A stretch of DNA of 64,000 nucleotides. It comes from Acidobacteriota bacterium (GTDB lineage: Bacteria > Acidobacteriota > Thermoanaerobaculia > Gp7-AA8). The stretch covers positions 1 to 64,000 of the forward strand of contig JAFATB010000019.1 in assembly GCA_019244185.1 (NCBI GenBank), given 5' to 3'. How positions within the stretch are numbered: position 1 is the first letter of the stretch; every line of letters starts with the position of its first letter. Positions 19,326 through 31,097 of the stretch are shown piece after piece. The translations under genes were made by a program, and so were the position numbers. The notes under the pieces are model-generated. The model saw only the letters and a program-made list of their open reading frames with translations, was not told the DNA's origin and ran no database searches.

Positions 19326-20465
19326 ATGGGCTTTGCCACAGACGCCATTCACGCGGGCCAGGAGCCCGAGCCGCACACCGGTGCGGTGACGATTCCGATC
19401 TACCAGACTTCGACCTACGTGCAGCCCGAGCTCGGCCGCCACAAAGGCTACGAGTACGCGCGCACGAAGAACCCGACGCGCTCCGCGCTCGAGGCCAACC
19501 TCGCCGCGCTCGAGCGCGGCAAGTACGGTCACTGCTTCGCCTCCGGCATGTCCGCGACCGACACCGTCTTCCGTCTGCTGAAGAGCGGCGATCACGTCGT
19601 CGCCGGCGAGAACATGTACGGCGGCTCGTTCCGCCTCTTCTCGCGCGTGCTGGAGCGCTTCGGACTGCAGTTCACGTACGTCGACACGTCGAACGTCGAT
19701 GCGGTGCGTAAGGCGATCCGCGCCGAGACGAAGCTCGTGTTCCTCGAGACGCCGACGAATCCGATGATGACGGTGACGGACATCGCCGCGTGCGCCGATG
19801 TCGCGCACAACGCGAACGCACTCGTCGTCGTCGACAACACGTTCTGCTCGCCGTACCTGCAACGCCCGATCGAGCTCGGCGCCGACATCGTCGTGCACTC
19901 GACGACGAAGTTCCTCAACGGACACTCCGACTCCGTCGGCGGCGTGGTGGTCTCGAACGACGACGCGATCGGAGAACAGATCGGCTTCCTGCAGAACGCC
20001 GTCGGCGCGATTCTCTCGCCCTTCGATTCGTGGCTCGTGCTCCGTGGCGTGAAGACCCTCGCCGTGCGCATGAAGCAGCACGAGGCCAACGGCATGGCCA
20101 TGGCCAACTACCTCGCCGGCCACGCGAAAGTGCAGAAGGTCTACTACCCCGGCCTCCCCGACCACCCGCAGCACGAGCTCGCGAAACGGCAGATGAACGG
20201 CTTCGGCTCGATGATCTCCTTCGAGCTCGGCTCGTTCGACAACGCGAAGAAGTTCCTCGACCGCGTCCGCCTCTGCTCCCTCGCCGAATCCCTCGGCGGC
20301 GTCGAGACGCTGATCTCGCACCCCGAGTCAATGACGCACGCATCGGTGCCGGTCGAAACCCGCACGCGCCTCGGCATCACCCCCGGTCTCGTGCGCATCA
20401 GCGTAGGAATCGAGGACATCGACGATCTGATCGCCGACGTCGAGAACGCATTCGACGGCGTGTAA
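19326..20465 (+). CDS. mccB: Cystathionine gamma-lyase/synthase (Cys/Met metabolism PLP family)
   Basis: PIYQTSTY, YEYARTKNPTR, ETPTNP, VDNTF, HSTTKFLNGHSD, LAESLGGVE, SMTHAS. Confidence 0.88.
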   Translation: MGFATDAIHAGQEPEPHTGAVTIPIYQTSTYVQPELGRHKGYEYARTKNPTRSALEANLAALERGKYGHCFASGMSATDTVFRLLKSGDHVVAGENMYGGSFRLFSRVLERFGLQFTYVDTSNVDAVRKAIRAETKLVFLETPTNPMMTVTDIAACADVAHNANALVVVDNTFCSPYLQRPIELGADIVVHSTTKFLNGHSDSVGGVVVSNDDAIGEQIGFLQNAVGAILSPFDSWLVLRGVKTLAVRMKQHEANGMAMANYLAGHAKVQKVYYPGLPDHPQHELAKRQMNGFGSMISFELGSFDNAKKFLDRVRLCSLAESLGGVETLISHPESMTHASVPVETRTRLGITPGLVRISVGIEDIDDLIADVENAFDGV

Positions 20466-20523
20466 GCCGGCGCGGCCGGCTGCGCTAAAGGCATAGCGAA
20501 GCTGCACGTGCGGCTGCCCTGAA
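20466..20523. repeat. Single-arm partial copy C of the palindromic element
   Basis: GCCGGCGCGGCCGGCTGCGCTAAAGGCATAGC...TGCACGTGCGGCTGCCCTGAA matches the left arm of copy D. Confidence 0.8.
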
Positions 20524-20549
20524 TCCACGCGTCGGGTAGACTCGCGCGC

Positions 20550-20837
20550 ATGCGCGAGATCTCCGACGCGCTTCCCGGCGCAGATCTGATTCGCGATGGC
20601 CTGCGCGATCTGGAACGCGGCGTCGAGTCGATTCCGGCGCTGCTCGTGCTCGTCGGCGCGCCGCGCCTGCGCACGCTCGGCTTCGACGTGCCGGAGTTGC
20701 CCATCGACGGCTATCCGGAACACCGCCTCTACCACGTCATCGCCGCCGATGATCCCGACGCCGCGCATTCACGCTACAACGCGCTGATCCGAAAGCTCGT
20801 CAGCTTCGAGCGAACTGCTGCATGCGCGAGCGACTGA
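20550..20837 (+). CDS. Small hypothetical protein, partner of the downstream nucleotidyltransferase
   Basis: LPGADLIRDGLRDL...ALLVLVGAPRLR...PEHRLY...AHSRYNALIRKLVSFE; overlaps the next start. Confidence 0.75.
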   Translation: MREISDALPGADLIRDGLRDLERGVESIPALLVLVGAPRLRTLGFDVPELPIDGYPEHRLYHVIAADDPDAAHSRYNALIRKLVSFERTAACASD

Positions 20838-21158
20838 CGCCGCGCCATCTCGCCGACTTCATGCGCGCACTCGGGCGCGCCGCGCGCGAGGAAGGGCGCG
20901 TGTACCTCACCGGCGGCGCGACGACGAAGCGGCTGCGCTCCTGCCAGCCCGGCAGCGGCGGAATGAAGTCGACCGGCGGGGCGAGCTTGATGTGGATGCT
21001 CCGACGACGTGCGCCAGATGTTCGATCGCGACCTCGTCGAACGCAAGCGACTCGTCGCGCTGTTCGAGGCGATCGAGCCGCGGCTCGATCGTTATCCGGC
21101 CATCGATCCGCCGAGCTTTCGCCGCGCCGTGATCGCCGCGCTCGAGCCACTACAATAG
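20822..21158 (+). pseudogene. DUF6036-like nucleotidyltransferase pseudogene with internal inversion and deletions
   Basis: N-terminus FMRALG...VYLTGGAT (+, 20822-20923); middle IKLAPPVDFIPPLPGWQERSRF on the - strand (~20921-21000); C-terminus DDVRQM...LFEAIEPRLDRYPAIDPPSFRRAV in another + frame (21003-21158). Confidence 0.75.
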
Positions 21159-21165
21159 CCGCCGC

Positions 21166-21813
21166 ATGCTGCCCGTTCTGCTCGTTGCCGGCGCGTATCT
21201 GCTCGGCTCCATCCCCTTCAGCTTTCTCGTCGTGAAGGTCGCGTCGGGGAAGGACGTGAGGGAGCATGGGAGCCGGAACGTCGGGGCGACGAATGTCGCG
21301 CGGACGGCGGGGCGGGCGGCGGGGATCATCGCGCTGCTGCTCGACATCGCGAAGGGTTACGGCGCGGTGGCGTTGGCGCGCGTGCTCGTGGCGCAGCGCG
21401 CGTGGCCGTTCGAGCCGGGCGTCGCGCCGTGGCAGTCGCGCGAGTTCTGGATAGCGCTCGCGGGACTCGTGGCGATTCTCGGGCACATGTTCCCGGTGTG
21501 GCTGCGCTTCCACGGCGGCAAAGGCGTGGCGACGGCGGCGGGCGTGTTCGGCGCGCTCGATCTGCGCGTGCTCGCGGCGGCGCTGATCGTCTTCGCGATC
21601 GTGGTGCTGCTCTTCCGCATCGTCTCGCTCGCGTCGATCGTCACCGCGGCGACCATTCCGCTCTTCTTCCGCTTTCTCGCGCACGAGGCGCCGTTCTGGC
21701 GGATCGTGCTGAGCATCGGCATGGCGCTCGCCGTCATCCTCAAGCACCACTCCAACATCGCGCGGCTCGCGCAGGGGACCGAACGCCGGCTTGGACAGAG
21801 GAAGGAACCGTGA
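21166..21813 (+). CDS. plsY: Glycerol-3-phosphate acyltransferase
   Basis: YLLGSIP, GSRNVGATNVAR, DIAKG, GHMFPVWLRFHGGKGVATA, HHSNIARL. Confidence 0.96.
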   Translation: MLPVLLVAGAYLLGSIPFSFLVVKVASGKDVREHGSRNVGATNVARTAGRAAGIIALLLDIAKGYGAVALARVLVAQRAWPFEPGVAPWQSREFWIALAGLVAILGHMFPVWLRFHGGKGVATAAGVFGALDLRVLAAALIVFAIVVLLFRIVSLASIVTAATIPLFFRFLAHEAPFWRIVLSIGMALAVILKHHSNIARLAQGTERRLGQRKEP

Positions 21814-22811
21814 CGAAGATCGCGATCATCGGAGCGGGTGCGTTCGGCACCGCGATGGCCGTCACCGCCGCGCGCGCGGGCAACGAAGTCGTCCTCTGGG
21901 CGCACGATCCCGACGTCGTGCGCGCGATGCGCGAGACCGGCGTCAACGCCGATTACCTGAAGAGCGTGCCGCTCGCGGAAGGCATCCATCCGACGAACGA
22001 TCTCGCCGAAGCCGCGCGCTTCTCCGACACGATCTTCATGGTCACGCCGAGCCATCACTACCGTGAGGTGCTGACGAACCTGCGCGCGCAGCTCGACGGA
22101 CCGGTACGCATCATCTCCGGCACGAAGGGCATCGAGAACGAAACGCTCGAGCGGATGTCGCAGATCTCCGCCGACGTCCTCGGCGACCGCCTCTCCGCAT
22201 TCGCCGTGCTGTCCGGCCCGACCTTCGCGCTCGAAGCCGCGCGCGCCGATCCCACCGCCGCCGTCATCGCGTCGAAAAACGTGCAGGTCGCGCAGGACGT
22301 GCAGCAGGTGCTCTCGTCTCCCGCGTTCCGCCTCTATCACTCCGACGACGTCGTCGGCGTCGAGCTCGCGGGCTCGCTGAAGAACGTCATCGCCATCGCC
22401 GCGGGCGTCCTCGAAGGTCTCGGCCTCGGCTCGAACACCAACGCCGCGCTCGTGACCCGCGGCCTGCACGAGATCACGCGCCTCGGCCTCGCCCTCGGCG
22501 GCCGCCTCGAAACGTTCGCGGGACTCGCGGGCATGGGCGATCTCGTGCTCACGTGCACCGGCGCGCTCTCGCGCAACCGCACCGTCGGCGTGCAGCTCGG
22601 CCAGGGAAAGAAGCTCGACGACATCCTGCGCGACGCGAAGTTCGTCGCCGAAGGGATCAAGACGTCGAAGTCGGCCAAACAGCTCTCCGAACAACACGGC
22701 ATCGACATGCCGATCACGACCGAGATGTATCGCGTGCTGTACGAGAACGAGTCGCCGCGCGACGCCGTGAAGCGGCTCATGACGCGCTCGCTGAAAGCGG
22801 AAGCGGCGTAG
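21810..22811 (+). CDS. gpsA: NAD(P)H-dependent glycerol-3-phosphate dehydrogenase
   Basis: IGAGAFGTA, TKGIE, LSGPTFA, LKNVIAIA, GLAGMGDLVLTCT, SRNR; GTGA overlap with plsY. Confidence 0.96.
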   Translation: MTKIAIIGAGAFGTAMAVTAARAGNEVVLWAHDPDVVRAMRETGVNADYLKSVPLAEGIHPTNDLAEAARFSDTIFMVTPSHHYREVLTNLRAQLDGPVRIISGTKGIENETLERMSQISADVLGDRLSAFAVLSGPTFALEAARADPTAAVIASKNVQVAQDVQQVLSSPAFRLYHSDDVVGVELAGSLKNVIAIAAGVLEGLGLGSNTNAALVTRGLHEITRLGLALGGRLETFAGLAGMGDLVLTCTGALSRNRTVGVQLGQGKKLDDILRDAKFVAEGIKTSKSAKQLSEQHGIDMPITTEMYRVLYENESPRDAVKRLMTRSLKAEAA

Positions 22812-22823
22812 CCGACCCTTTCG

Positions 22824-24893
22824 TCAGGACGCGCGCGACTCGAACTGCTGCATCGTCGGCGCCTCGAGCGTGAAGAGGTGCAGCCAGACCGCGCTGAGAA
22901 ACAGCGCGATGAGCGAGATGACGATTCCGGCGTACAGACCGGTCGGATGATGATTCGCCGGCAGCGGCACGGGCGGCGCGTTCTCGAGCTCGTAAATGCC
23001 GACCGCCGGCGCGGGCGGCCCGGCAACGCGGCGCGCGTTCGGCACGTCGACGCGACTGAGCACGTAACGCACGCCGAGCGACGCGAGAGCGCGCGTCTCG
23101 TCCGGCGCGAGCATGGGATTGAAGGTGTGCAGGAGCGGATCGTAGCCGGCCGGCAGCAGCTGCGCGACGCGCGCCTTCGTCGTCAGCGCGTCGTACGAGA
23201 TCACGTCGCGCACCTGGTACAGCGTCGCGAGATTCGCGGGGAAGACCTCGAAGTGCTCCGCGATCAGCGACTGCCGCGCGGGATCGAGTTGCTTGAGCGC
23301 GGTGACGACCGGCGGCTCGGGCGGAATGGCGTCCATCCGCACGGCCGGATTGAAGCCGATGCCGAAGGAGAGCAGCTCGCCCGCCGCCGCGAGCGTCAGC
23401 AGCGCCGCGCGACGCCGCAGCGGCAACGCGAGCGCGAGCCCCGCGACGAGCCAGCACGCGCCGGGAATCGCGAGCCGTCGCACGGTCGTGAGTCCCGCCG
23501 CGTCGAGGTAGTACGCGAGCCGCGCCTCGTACACTGCCGGCGCCTGCTGCAGATGTCCGCGCGCGCGCAGTTGCTCGATGCCGCCGCGCGCGACGCGCGT
23601 CAGCGTCGCGTGCGCGCCGGGCAACAGCGGGAACACGCCGGTGATGACCGCGAGGAGTCCGACGATCGCCAGCGCCGCGCCGATCTTGCGGCGCCGGCGC
23701 GTCGCCGCGAACGCGATCGCGGGTCCGCCCGCCATCGCGCCGAACAGTACGAACAAGAGCACGCCGTATTCGAGCGTCAGCACGCGCAGCACCGGCACGT
23801 GCCGCAGCACGCTCCAGAGTCCCGGCGGATACCACGACAGCACGAGCGCGACGCTGCCGATGACGAGTCCGCGACGCAGCGCCGGCGCGAGTTGCCGCCA
23901 CGCGAGCACGATCGCGAGCAGCACGATCGCGCCGATGAAGCCGCCCGCGCGGAGATTGAAGTTCTCCGCGACGGGGAGCGCGGTCAGATCGAGCTCGCCG
24001 CGCAGCGGTGTGCCGAGGACGCCGGGCAGCACCTGCGAGACGACGCCCCAAATGCGGAACGGATGCGGGAGGCGCGGGCGCAGCTCGCCCGCGTAGCTGT
24101 CGCCGAGGATCGTGAGGAACGGCGCGAGCTGCACGGCGAGGATTGCGAAGCCGAGGAACGCGCCGACGGTCGACGGGATGATCGCGGAGAGGCCGCCGAA
24201 TTCGCGGCGGCGCTCCGCTTCCCAGGAGAGAAAGATCCAGATGCCGATGGCGCCGATGAAGAGCGACTCGGGATGGCCGCCGGCGGTGCAGAGCGCCGCG
24301 AAAACGAGCACGAGCAACGCGTTGCGGATCGACGGCGTTTTCATCAGCCGCAGCGCCGCGGCGGCGAGTCCGGCGAGCAGCGCGAAGACGTTCGTGATCG
24401 GATAGAGCAGCCACACGATCGTGTAGCCCGCGGTCGCGTAGACGAAGCCGCAGACGAGCGCCTGCTCGCGCGGCACGTCGAGCTCGCGCGCGAACCAGTA
24501 CGCGCAGAGCGCGGCCGCGAGCAGCTTCAGGATCGCGGTGAGCGCCCAGCCCTTCAGCCCGAACAGCAGCCGCGGCCACGTGAACGGCGAGAAGAGCGCG
24601 GTCTGCGGATTCGCGAACAGCGGCCCGCCGTCGCCGGCCCAGCGGTTCGTCCACGGCAGCTCGCCGCGCGCGAGGAGATGCGTGATCTCACGATCCCACG
24701 CGACGAACTGCACGACGACGTCGCCGAGGAGCGTGTTCGAGACGCGGATGCGTTGGGTGGGGTCAGGCTTCCACGCGCCGGCGTCGAGCGGCAGGTCGAG
24801 CGGCGCGAACGTACGTCCGGGCAGCAGCCCCAGGCCCGCGTAGGCGAGCGCTACGGCGAGGAAAAGAAGCACGACGCGGACGTGACTGCGCAA
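22824..24893 (-). CDS. YfhO-like multi-TM protein (probable GT-C fold glycosyltransferase)
   Basis: ELPWTNRWAGDGGPLFAN...FSPF, GGHPE, many TM helices, LGVRYVL near the C-terminus; TTG start inferred. Confidence 0.75.
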   Translation of the reverse strand: MRSHVRVVLLFLAVALAYAGLGLLPGRTFAPLDLPLDAGAWKPDPTQRIRVSNTLLGDVVVQFVAWDREITHLLARGELPWTNRWAGDGGPLFANPQTALFSPFTWPRLLFGLKGWALTAILKLLAAALCAYWFARELDVPREQALVCGFVYATAGYTIVWLLYPITNVFALLAGLAAAALRLMKTPSIRNALLVLVFAALCTAGGHPESLFIGAIGIWIFLSWEAERRREFGGLSAIIPSTVGAFLGFAILAVQLAPFLTILGDSYAGELRPRLPHPFRIWGVVSQVLPGVLGTPLRGELDLTALPVAENFNLRAGGFIGAIVLLAIVLAWRQLAPALRRGLVIGSVALVLSWYPPGLWSVLRHVPVLRVLTLEYGVLLFVLFGAMAGGPAIAFAATRRRRKIGAALAIVGLLAVITGVFPLLPGAHATLTRVARGGIEQLRARGHLQQAPAVYEARLAYYLDAAGLTTVRRLAIPGACWLVAGLALALPLRRRAALLTLAAAGELLSFGIGFNPAVRMDAIPPEPPVVTALKQLDPARQSLIAEHFEVFPANLATLYQVRDVISYDALTTKARVAQLLPAGYDPLLHTFNPMLAPDETRALASLGVRYVLSRVDVPNARRVAGPPAPAVGIYELENAPPVPLPANHHPTGLYAGIVISLIALFLSAVWLHLFTLEAPTMQQFESRAS

Positions 24894-24942
24894 ACGCGGA
24901 GAACGTAACACAACGCGCCGGCCGTAGAATCGCGCGGTCCAC

Positions 24943-26379
24943 ATGCACGGCGCGGAGACGGCGGTCGTGACGCTGTATTACGTCATCCTGCTCGTGCTCT
25001 CGGTTTACAGCGTTCACCGGCTGCACCTCGTCCGTCTGCGCCGGCGCACGCCGCCGCCCGCGCGCGTGACGGCGAACGTCTGGCCTTCGCTCACGATTCA
25101 ACTGCCGCTGTACAACGAGCCGAACGTCGCCGCGCGTCTGCTCGATGCCGTCGCGGCGATCGAGTATCCCGGAGCGCTCGACATTCAGGTGCTCGACGAT
25201 TCGACGGATGAAACGCCGGCACTCGTCGCCGCACGTGTCGACGTGTGGCGCGCGCGTGGTGTCGCGATCGCGCACCTCCGCCGCGGCTCGCGCGACGGCT
25301 ACAAGGCAAGCGCGCTTGCGTTCGGCATGCAGCGCAGCGCGGCCGAGCTCTTCGCGGTGTTCGACGCCGACTTCGTTCCGCCGCGCGACGTGCTGCTGCG
25401 CATGGTGCCGTACTTTGCGGACGCGCGCGTGGGCATGGTGCAGGCGCGGTGGACGCATCTCAATCGCGAGCATTCGCTGCTGACGCGCGTGCAGGCGCTG
25501 TTTCTCGACGCGCACTTTGCGGTCGAGTCGGCGGCGCGCAACTTCGGCGGACGCTTCTTCAACTTCAACGGCACGGCGGGCGTGTGGCGGCGCGCGGCGA
25601 TCGAAGAGGCTGGCGGCTGGTCGTCGTCGACGCTGACCGAGGATTTAGATCTGTCGTATCGCGCGCAGATGAAGGGATGGTCGTTCGTGTTTTTGCCGGA
25701 CGTCGAAGTCCCCGCGGAGCTGCCGTCGCAACTGCACGGCTTTCAGCAGCAACAGCATCGCTGGACGAAAGGCTCGATCCAGACGGCGCGCAAGCTCCTC
25801 GGCGCGCTCGTGCGCGGCGACTTCGACATACGCATCAAATGCGAGGCGCTCTTTCACCTCACGAATAACAGCGCGTATTTGCTCACGGTGCTGCTCGCGC
25901 TGCTCGTCGTGCCGGCGCAGCAGATCCGCGTGCGTCACGGCCTCGGCTGGAGCATCGCCATCGACCTCGCGCTCTTCGCGTTGTCGAGCGGCTCGGTGCT
26001 GCTGTTCTATCGCGAAGGCCAGCGTTGGGCGCGGCGCCCGCCGCCGCGGTTGCGCGAACTGCTCGCGGTGTTGCCGGTCGGGATCGGCATGTCGATGCGC
26101 AACGCGGCCGCGGTCATCGAAGGGCTCGTGCAGCGCGGCGGCGCGTTTCACCGGACGCCGAAACGCGGCGATGCGGCGGTCGCGCGAACGGAACGCGCCA
26201 CGCGGATTCCATGGAACGAGCTCGCGCTGACTCTGTTCTTCGCGGGCGTCATCGCCGTTTCCGCGAGCGCGGGACGCTGGGCTTCGCTGCCGTTTCCGAC
26301 GCTCTTCGCAAGCGTCTTCGGCCGGGTCGCGACGACAGGTCTGCACGAGCACCTAACTCATAGCAGATCAGGCGCTTAA
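24943..26379 (+). CDS. Family 2 glycosyltransferase, cellulose-synthase-like
   Basis: IQLPLYNE, QVLDDSTD, VFDADF, VQARWTH, FNGTAGVWR, TLTEDLDLSYRA, QQHRW; flanking TM helices. Confidence 0.93.
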   Translation: MHGAETAVVTLYYVILLVLSVYSVHRLHLVRLRRRTPPPARVTANVWPSLTIQLPLYNEPNVAARLLDAVAAIEYPGALDIQVLDDSTDETPALVAARVDVWRARGVAIAHLRRGSRDGYKASALAFGMQRSAAELFAVFDADFVPPRDVLLRMVPYFADARVGMVQARWTHLNREHSLLTRVQALFLDAHFAVESAARNFGGRFFNFNGTAGVWRRAAIEEAGGWSSSTLTEDLDLSYRAQMKGWSFVFLPDVEVPAELPSQLHGFQQQQHRWTKGSIQTARKLLGALVRGDFDIRIKCEALFHLTNNSAYLLTVLLALLVVPAQQIRVRHGLGWSIAIDLALFALSSGSVLLFYREGQRWARRPPPRLRELLAVLPVGIGMSMRNAAAVIEGLVQRGGAFHRTPKRGDAAVARTERATRIPWNELALTLFFAGVIAVSASAGRWASLPFPTLFASVFGRVATTGLHEHLTHSRSGA

Positions 26380-26381
26380 GG

Positions 26382-26398
26382 CTGGCGCTCCCATTGCA
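26382..26398 (+). promoter_or_regulatory. Putative sigma54 promoter
   Basis: CTGGCGCTCCCATTGCA = GG-N10-GC, followed by GGAGG RBS and ATG at 26424. Confidence 0.65.
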
Positions 26399-26423
26399 AT
26401 TCAGTACGCCGGGAGGCACCAAG

Positions 26424-26576
26424 ATGCTGCAATTCATCAAGAAACTGCTGGTGTTCCGACTCGGACAGAAATCGGCGAAAGGCGCCGCGCACATGCTCGG
26501 CCTCAAACGCCTGGGATTGGTCATCGGACTCATCGGCGGCTGGCGCGCGGTGCACCGCCACCAGCGTCACGCATAA
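26424..26576 (+). CDS. 50-aa basic amphipathic small protein
   Basis: GGAGG RBS, own promoter candidate and downstream hairpin; MLQFIKKLLVFRLGQKSAKGAAHMLGLKRLGLVIGLIGGWRAVHRHQRHA. Confidence 0.7.
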   Translation: MLQFIKKLLVFRLGQKSAKGAAHMLGLKRLGLVIGLIGGWRAVHRHQRHA

Positions 26577-26589
26577 CGAAATCTACGAA

Positions 26590-26624
26590 CCTACCCTCTC
26601 GCGCGAAGGCGCCGAGAGGGTAGG
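26590..26624. terminator. Hairpin between convergent genes
   Basis: CCTACCCTCTCG...CGAGAGGGTAGG, 12-bp perfect stem. Confidence 0.6.
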
Positions 26625-26684
26625 ATGCGCCGATGCAACGCCGATCACGCAGAGAAGGAGCGCGCCGCGAACCGCGGTAGCGCG

Positions 26685-27194
26685 TCAACGATGCGGCGGC
26701 TTTGCCTGCGGCGGCGGCGCGGACGCGTCGTCCTCGTCCCCGAACAACTCCTGATCGGCATCGCCATTCGCGGGCGCATTGGTCGCGCTCGTGTTGCGCG
26801 GACGCGGTTTGGACGTCTCGGTCTTCGCCGGCTTCGTCTCGCTGCTCTTCGCGGGCTTAGGCACGACGACCGGCTTCTGTGCTTTGGTCGTGGTGATGTG
26901 CGCGTGCGGCGTCGGCTGCTTGACGGTCGCGTTCGTGATCACGCGCGTGCTGCTCTTCTTCTTGTTGCGCTTGGCGAGCTTCGACGCGGCGACGAGGGGC
27001 GAGTCTTTCTCGAGGATCGGCTCGGGCGCGGGAACGACGGTTGCGTCGTACACCGGCTCCGCGTCGGTCGTCGTCGCGGTCTCGACCATCACGGGGACGT
27101 CGTCGGTCGTGGTCGCGGGCGGCGTTTCCTGGCCGAATGCGGGCCGCGCGAGTGCCGCCGCGAGCAGCGCAGACAGGACGAGAAATCGGGGCAT
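26685..27194 (-). CDS. Secreted low-complexity hypothetical protein
   Basis: Signal peptide MPRFLVLSALLAAALARPAFG; Thr/Pro/Lys-rich; SPLVAAS...RVITNA segment. Confidence 0.7.
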   Translation of the reverse strand: MPRFLVLSALLAAALARPAFGQETPPATTTDDVPVMVETATTTDAEPVYDATVVPAPEPILEKDSPLVAASKLAKRNKKKSSTRVITNATVKQPTPHAHITTTKAQKPVVVPKPAKSSETKPAKTETSKPRPRNTSATNAPANGDADQELFGDEDDASAPPPQAKPPHR

Positions 27195-27257
27195 CCAGCG
27201 CAGTCTAATCCCGCTCATCCGCGAAGCGTCCCGAATCTTGCAGGCTCGAGGGTCTGA

Positions 27258-27830
27258 ATGTCGCCCGAATCGCTACTGGCCGACTTCGGATACCTGGCGG
27301 TTTTCGTCGGGACGTTTCTCGAAGGAGAGGCCATCCTCATCACCGCCGGCTTCTTCGCGGCGCGCGGCCATCTGTCGCTGAGCATCGTGGCGCTGGTCGC
27401 GTTCGCCGGCGCGTACGCGGGGCACGTCTTCTGGTTTTGGCTCGGGCGCGCGCACGGCGTACGGCTGCTCGACCGCTTCCCGAAGATGAAGAAGCACTTC
27501 GGCAAAGGCATCCGCATGTTCGAGCGCTACGGCGCGGGCGCGATCATCATCACGCAATGGCTCTACGGGCTGCGCATCACCTGCGCGGTGATCATCGGGA
27601 TGTCGCGGATCTCGGTGCTGAAGTTCCTCGCGTACGAGGCGGCGAGCTGCGCGGCGTGGGCGATCGTGATCAGCGCGGGCGGCTACTACTTCGGCCGCGC
27701 CATCGAGACACTCCTCGGCCGCGTCGAGAACATCGAGAAGTACGGCCTCGCCGCGATCGCGATCTTCGCGATCGCCATGTGGGCGTGGCACCGGCGGAAG
27801 GAAAAGCGCGAAGAAGAAACGGCGGGCTGA
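27258..27830 (+). CDS. DedA family membrane protein
   Basis: FGYLAVFVGTFLEGE, AGFFAARGHL, FWLGR, FERYG, YGLR. Confidence 0.92.
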   Translation: MSPESLLADFGYLAVFVGTFLEGEAILITAGFFAARGHLSLSIVALVAFAGAYAGHVFWFWLGRAHGVRLLDRFPKMKKHFGKGIRMFERYGAGAIIITQWLYGLRITCAVIIGMSRISVLKFLAYEAASCAAWAIVISAGGYYFGRAIETLLGRVENIEKYGLAAIAIFAIAMWAWHRRKEKREEETAG

Positions 27831-27862
27831 ACGCCCGCCGTTTTCACAACCATCGAACGCTC

Positions 27863-28156
27863 TTAGTACTCGATGACGATCTTGCTGGCCTTGCCGTTGT
27901 CGGCGAAGACCGAGACGCGCTGACCGGTCGTGAGCTGCGACCGCTGCGCTTCGAGACCCGAGCGCCACCACACCTGGGTGCCCCACGGCGTGGTCACGGT
28001 GGTCGCGGCGCCGCCGCCAGCCGGCGTCACGGTGATCGAGTTGTCGGTCATGCCCGTGATGGTACCGGTGAGCGTCGGCGTGGCCGGCGCGCTGGCGCAG
28101 GCCGCGAGTGAAATGACGAATGCTGCAAGCAGGACGAACGAGAGAGTACGCTTCAT
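27863..28156 (-). CDS. Small lipoprotein (DUF5666-like beta domain)
   Basis: MKRTLSFVLLAAFVISLAAC lipobox; GTIT...SITV...LTTGQRVSV...ASKI. Confidence 0.8.
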   Translation of the reverse strand: MKRTLSFVLLAAFVISLAACASAPATPTLTGTITGMTDNSITVTPAGGGAATTVTTPWGTQVWWRSGLEAQRSQLTTGQRVSVFADNGKASKIVIEY

Positions 28157-28207
28157 GTCTAAACCCCTCAGCTGAAGTTGGACGCGCTCGCGCGCGTCAC
28201 TAACCAA

Positions 28208-28233
28208 TACGCCGGAGAGGTTTCGAAGTTTGC
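28208..28233 (-). promoter_or_regulatory. Putative ECF promoter GCAAAC-N16-CGTA
   Basis: Minus strand GCAAAC TTCGAAACCTCTCCGG CGTA upstream of the lipoprotein; same geometry as 597-623. Confidence 0.55.
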
Positions 28234-28291
28234 ATCAAATGAAACGATTCGGTTACGCGGAGATGTTAACGCGGTTAACTCCGAAACCGGC

Positions 28292-31072
<2,781 letters not shown>

Positions 31073-31097
31073 GGCGAGCTCGATTATGTTCCAAATC

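Noticed and set aside
20822-21235. 137-aa ORF as an intact gene or programmed frameshift
   Set aside because: Family resemblance ends at GGAT and the next homologous block is on the opposite strand, which a frameshift cannot repair.
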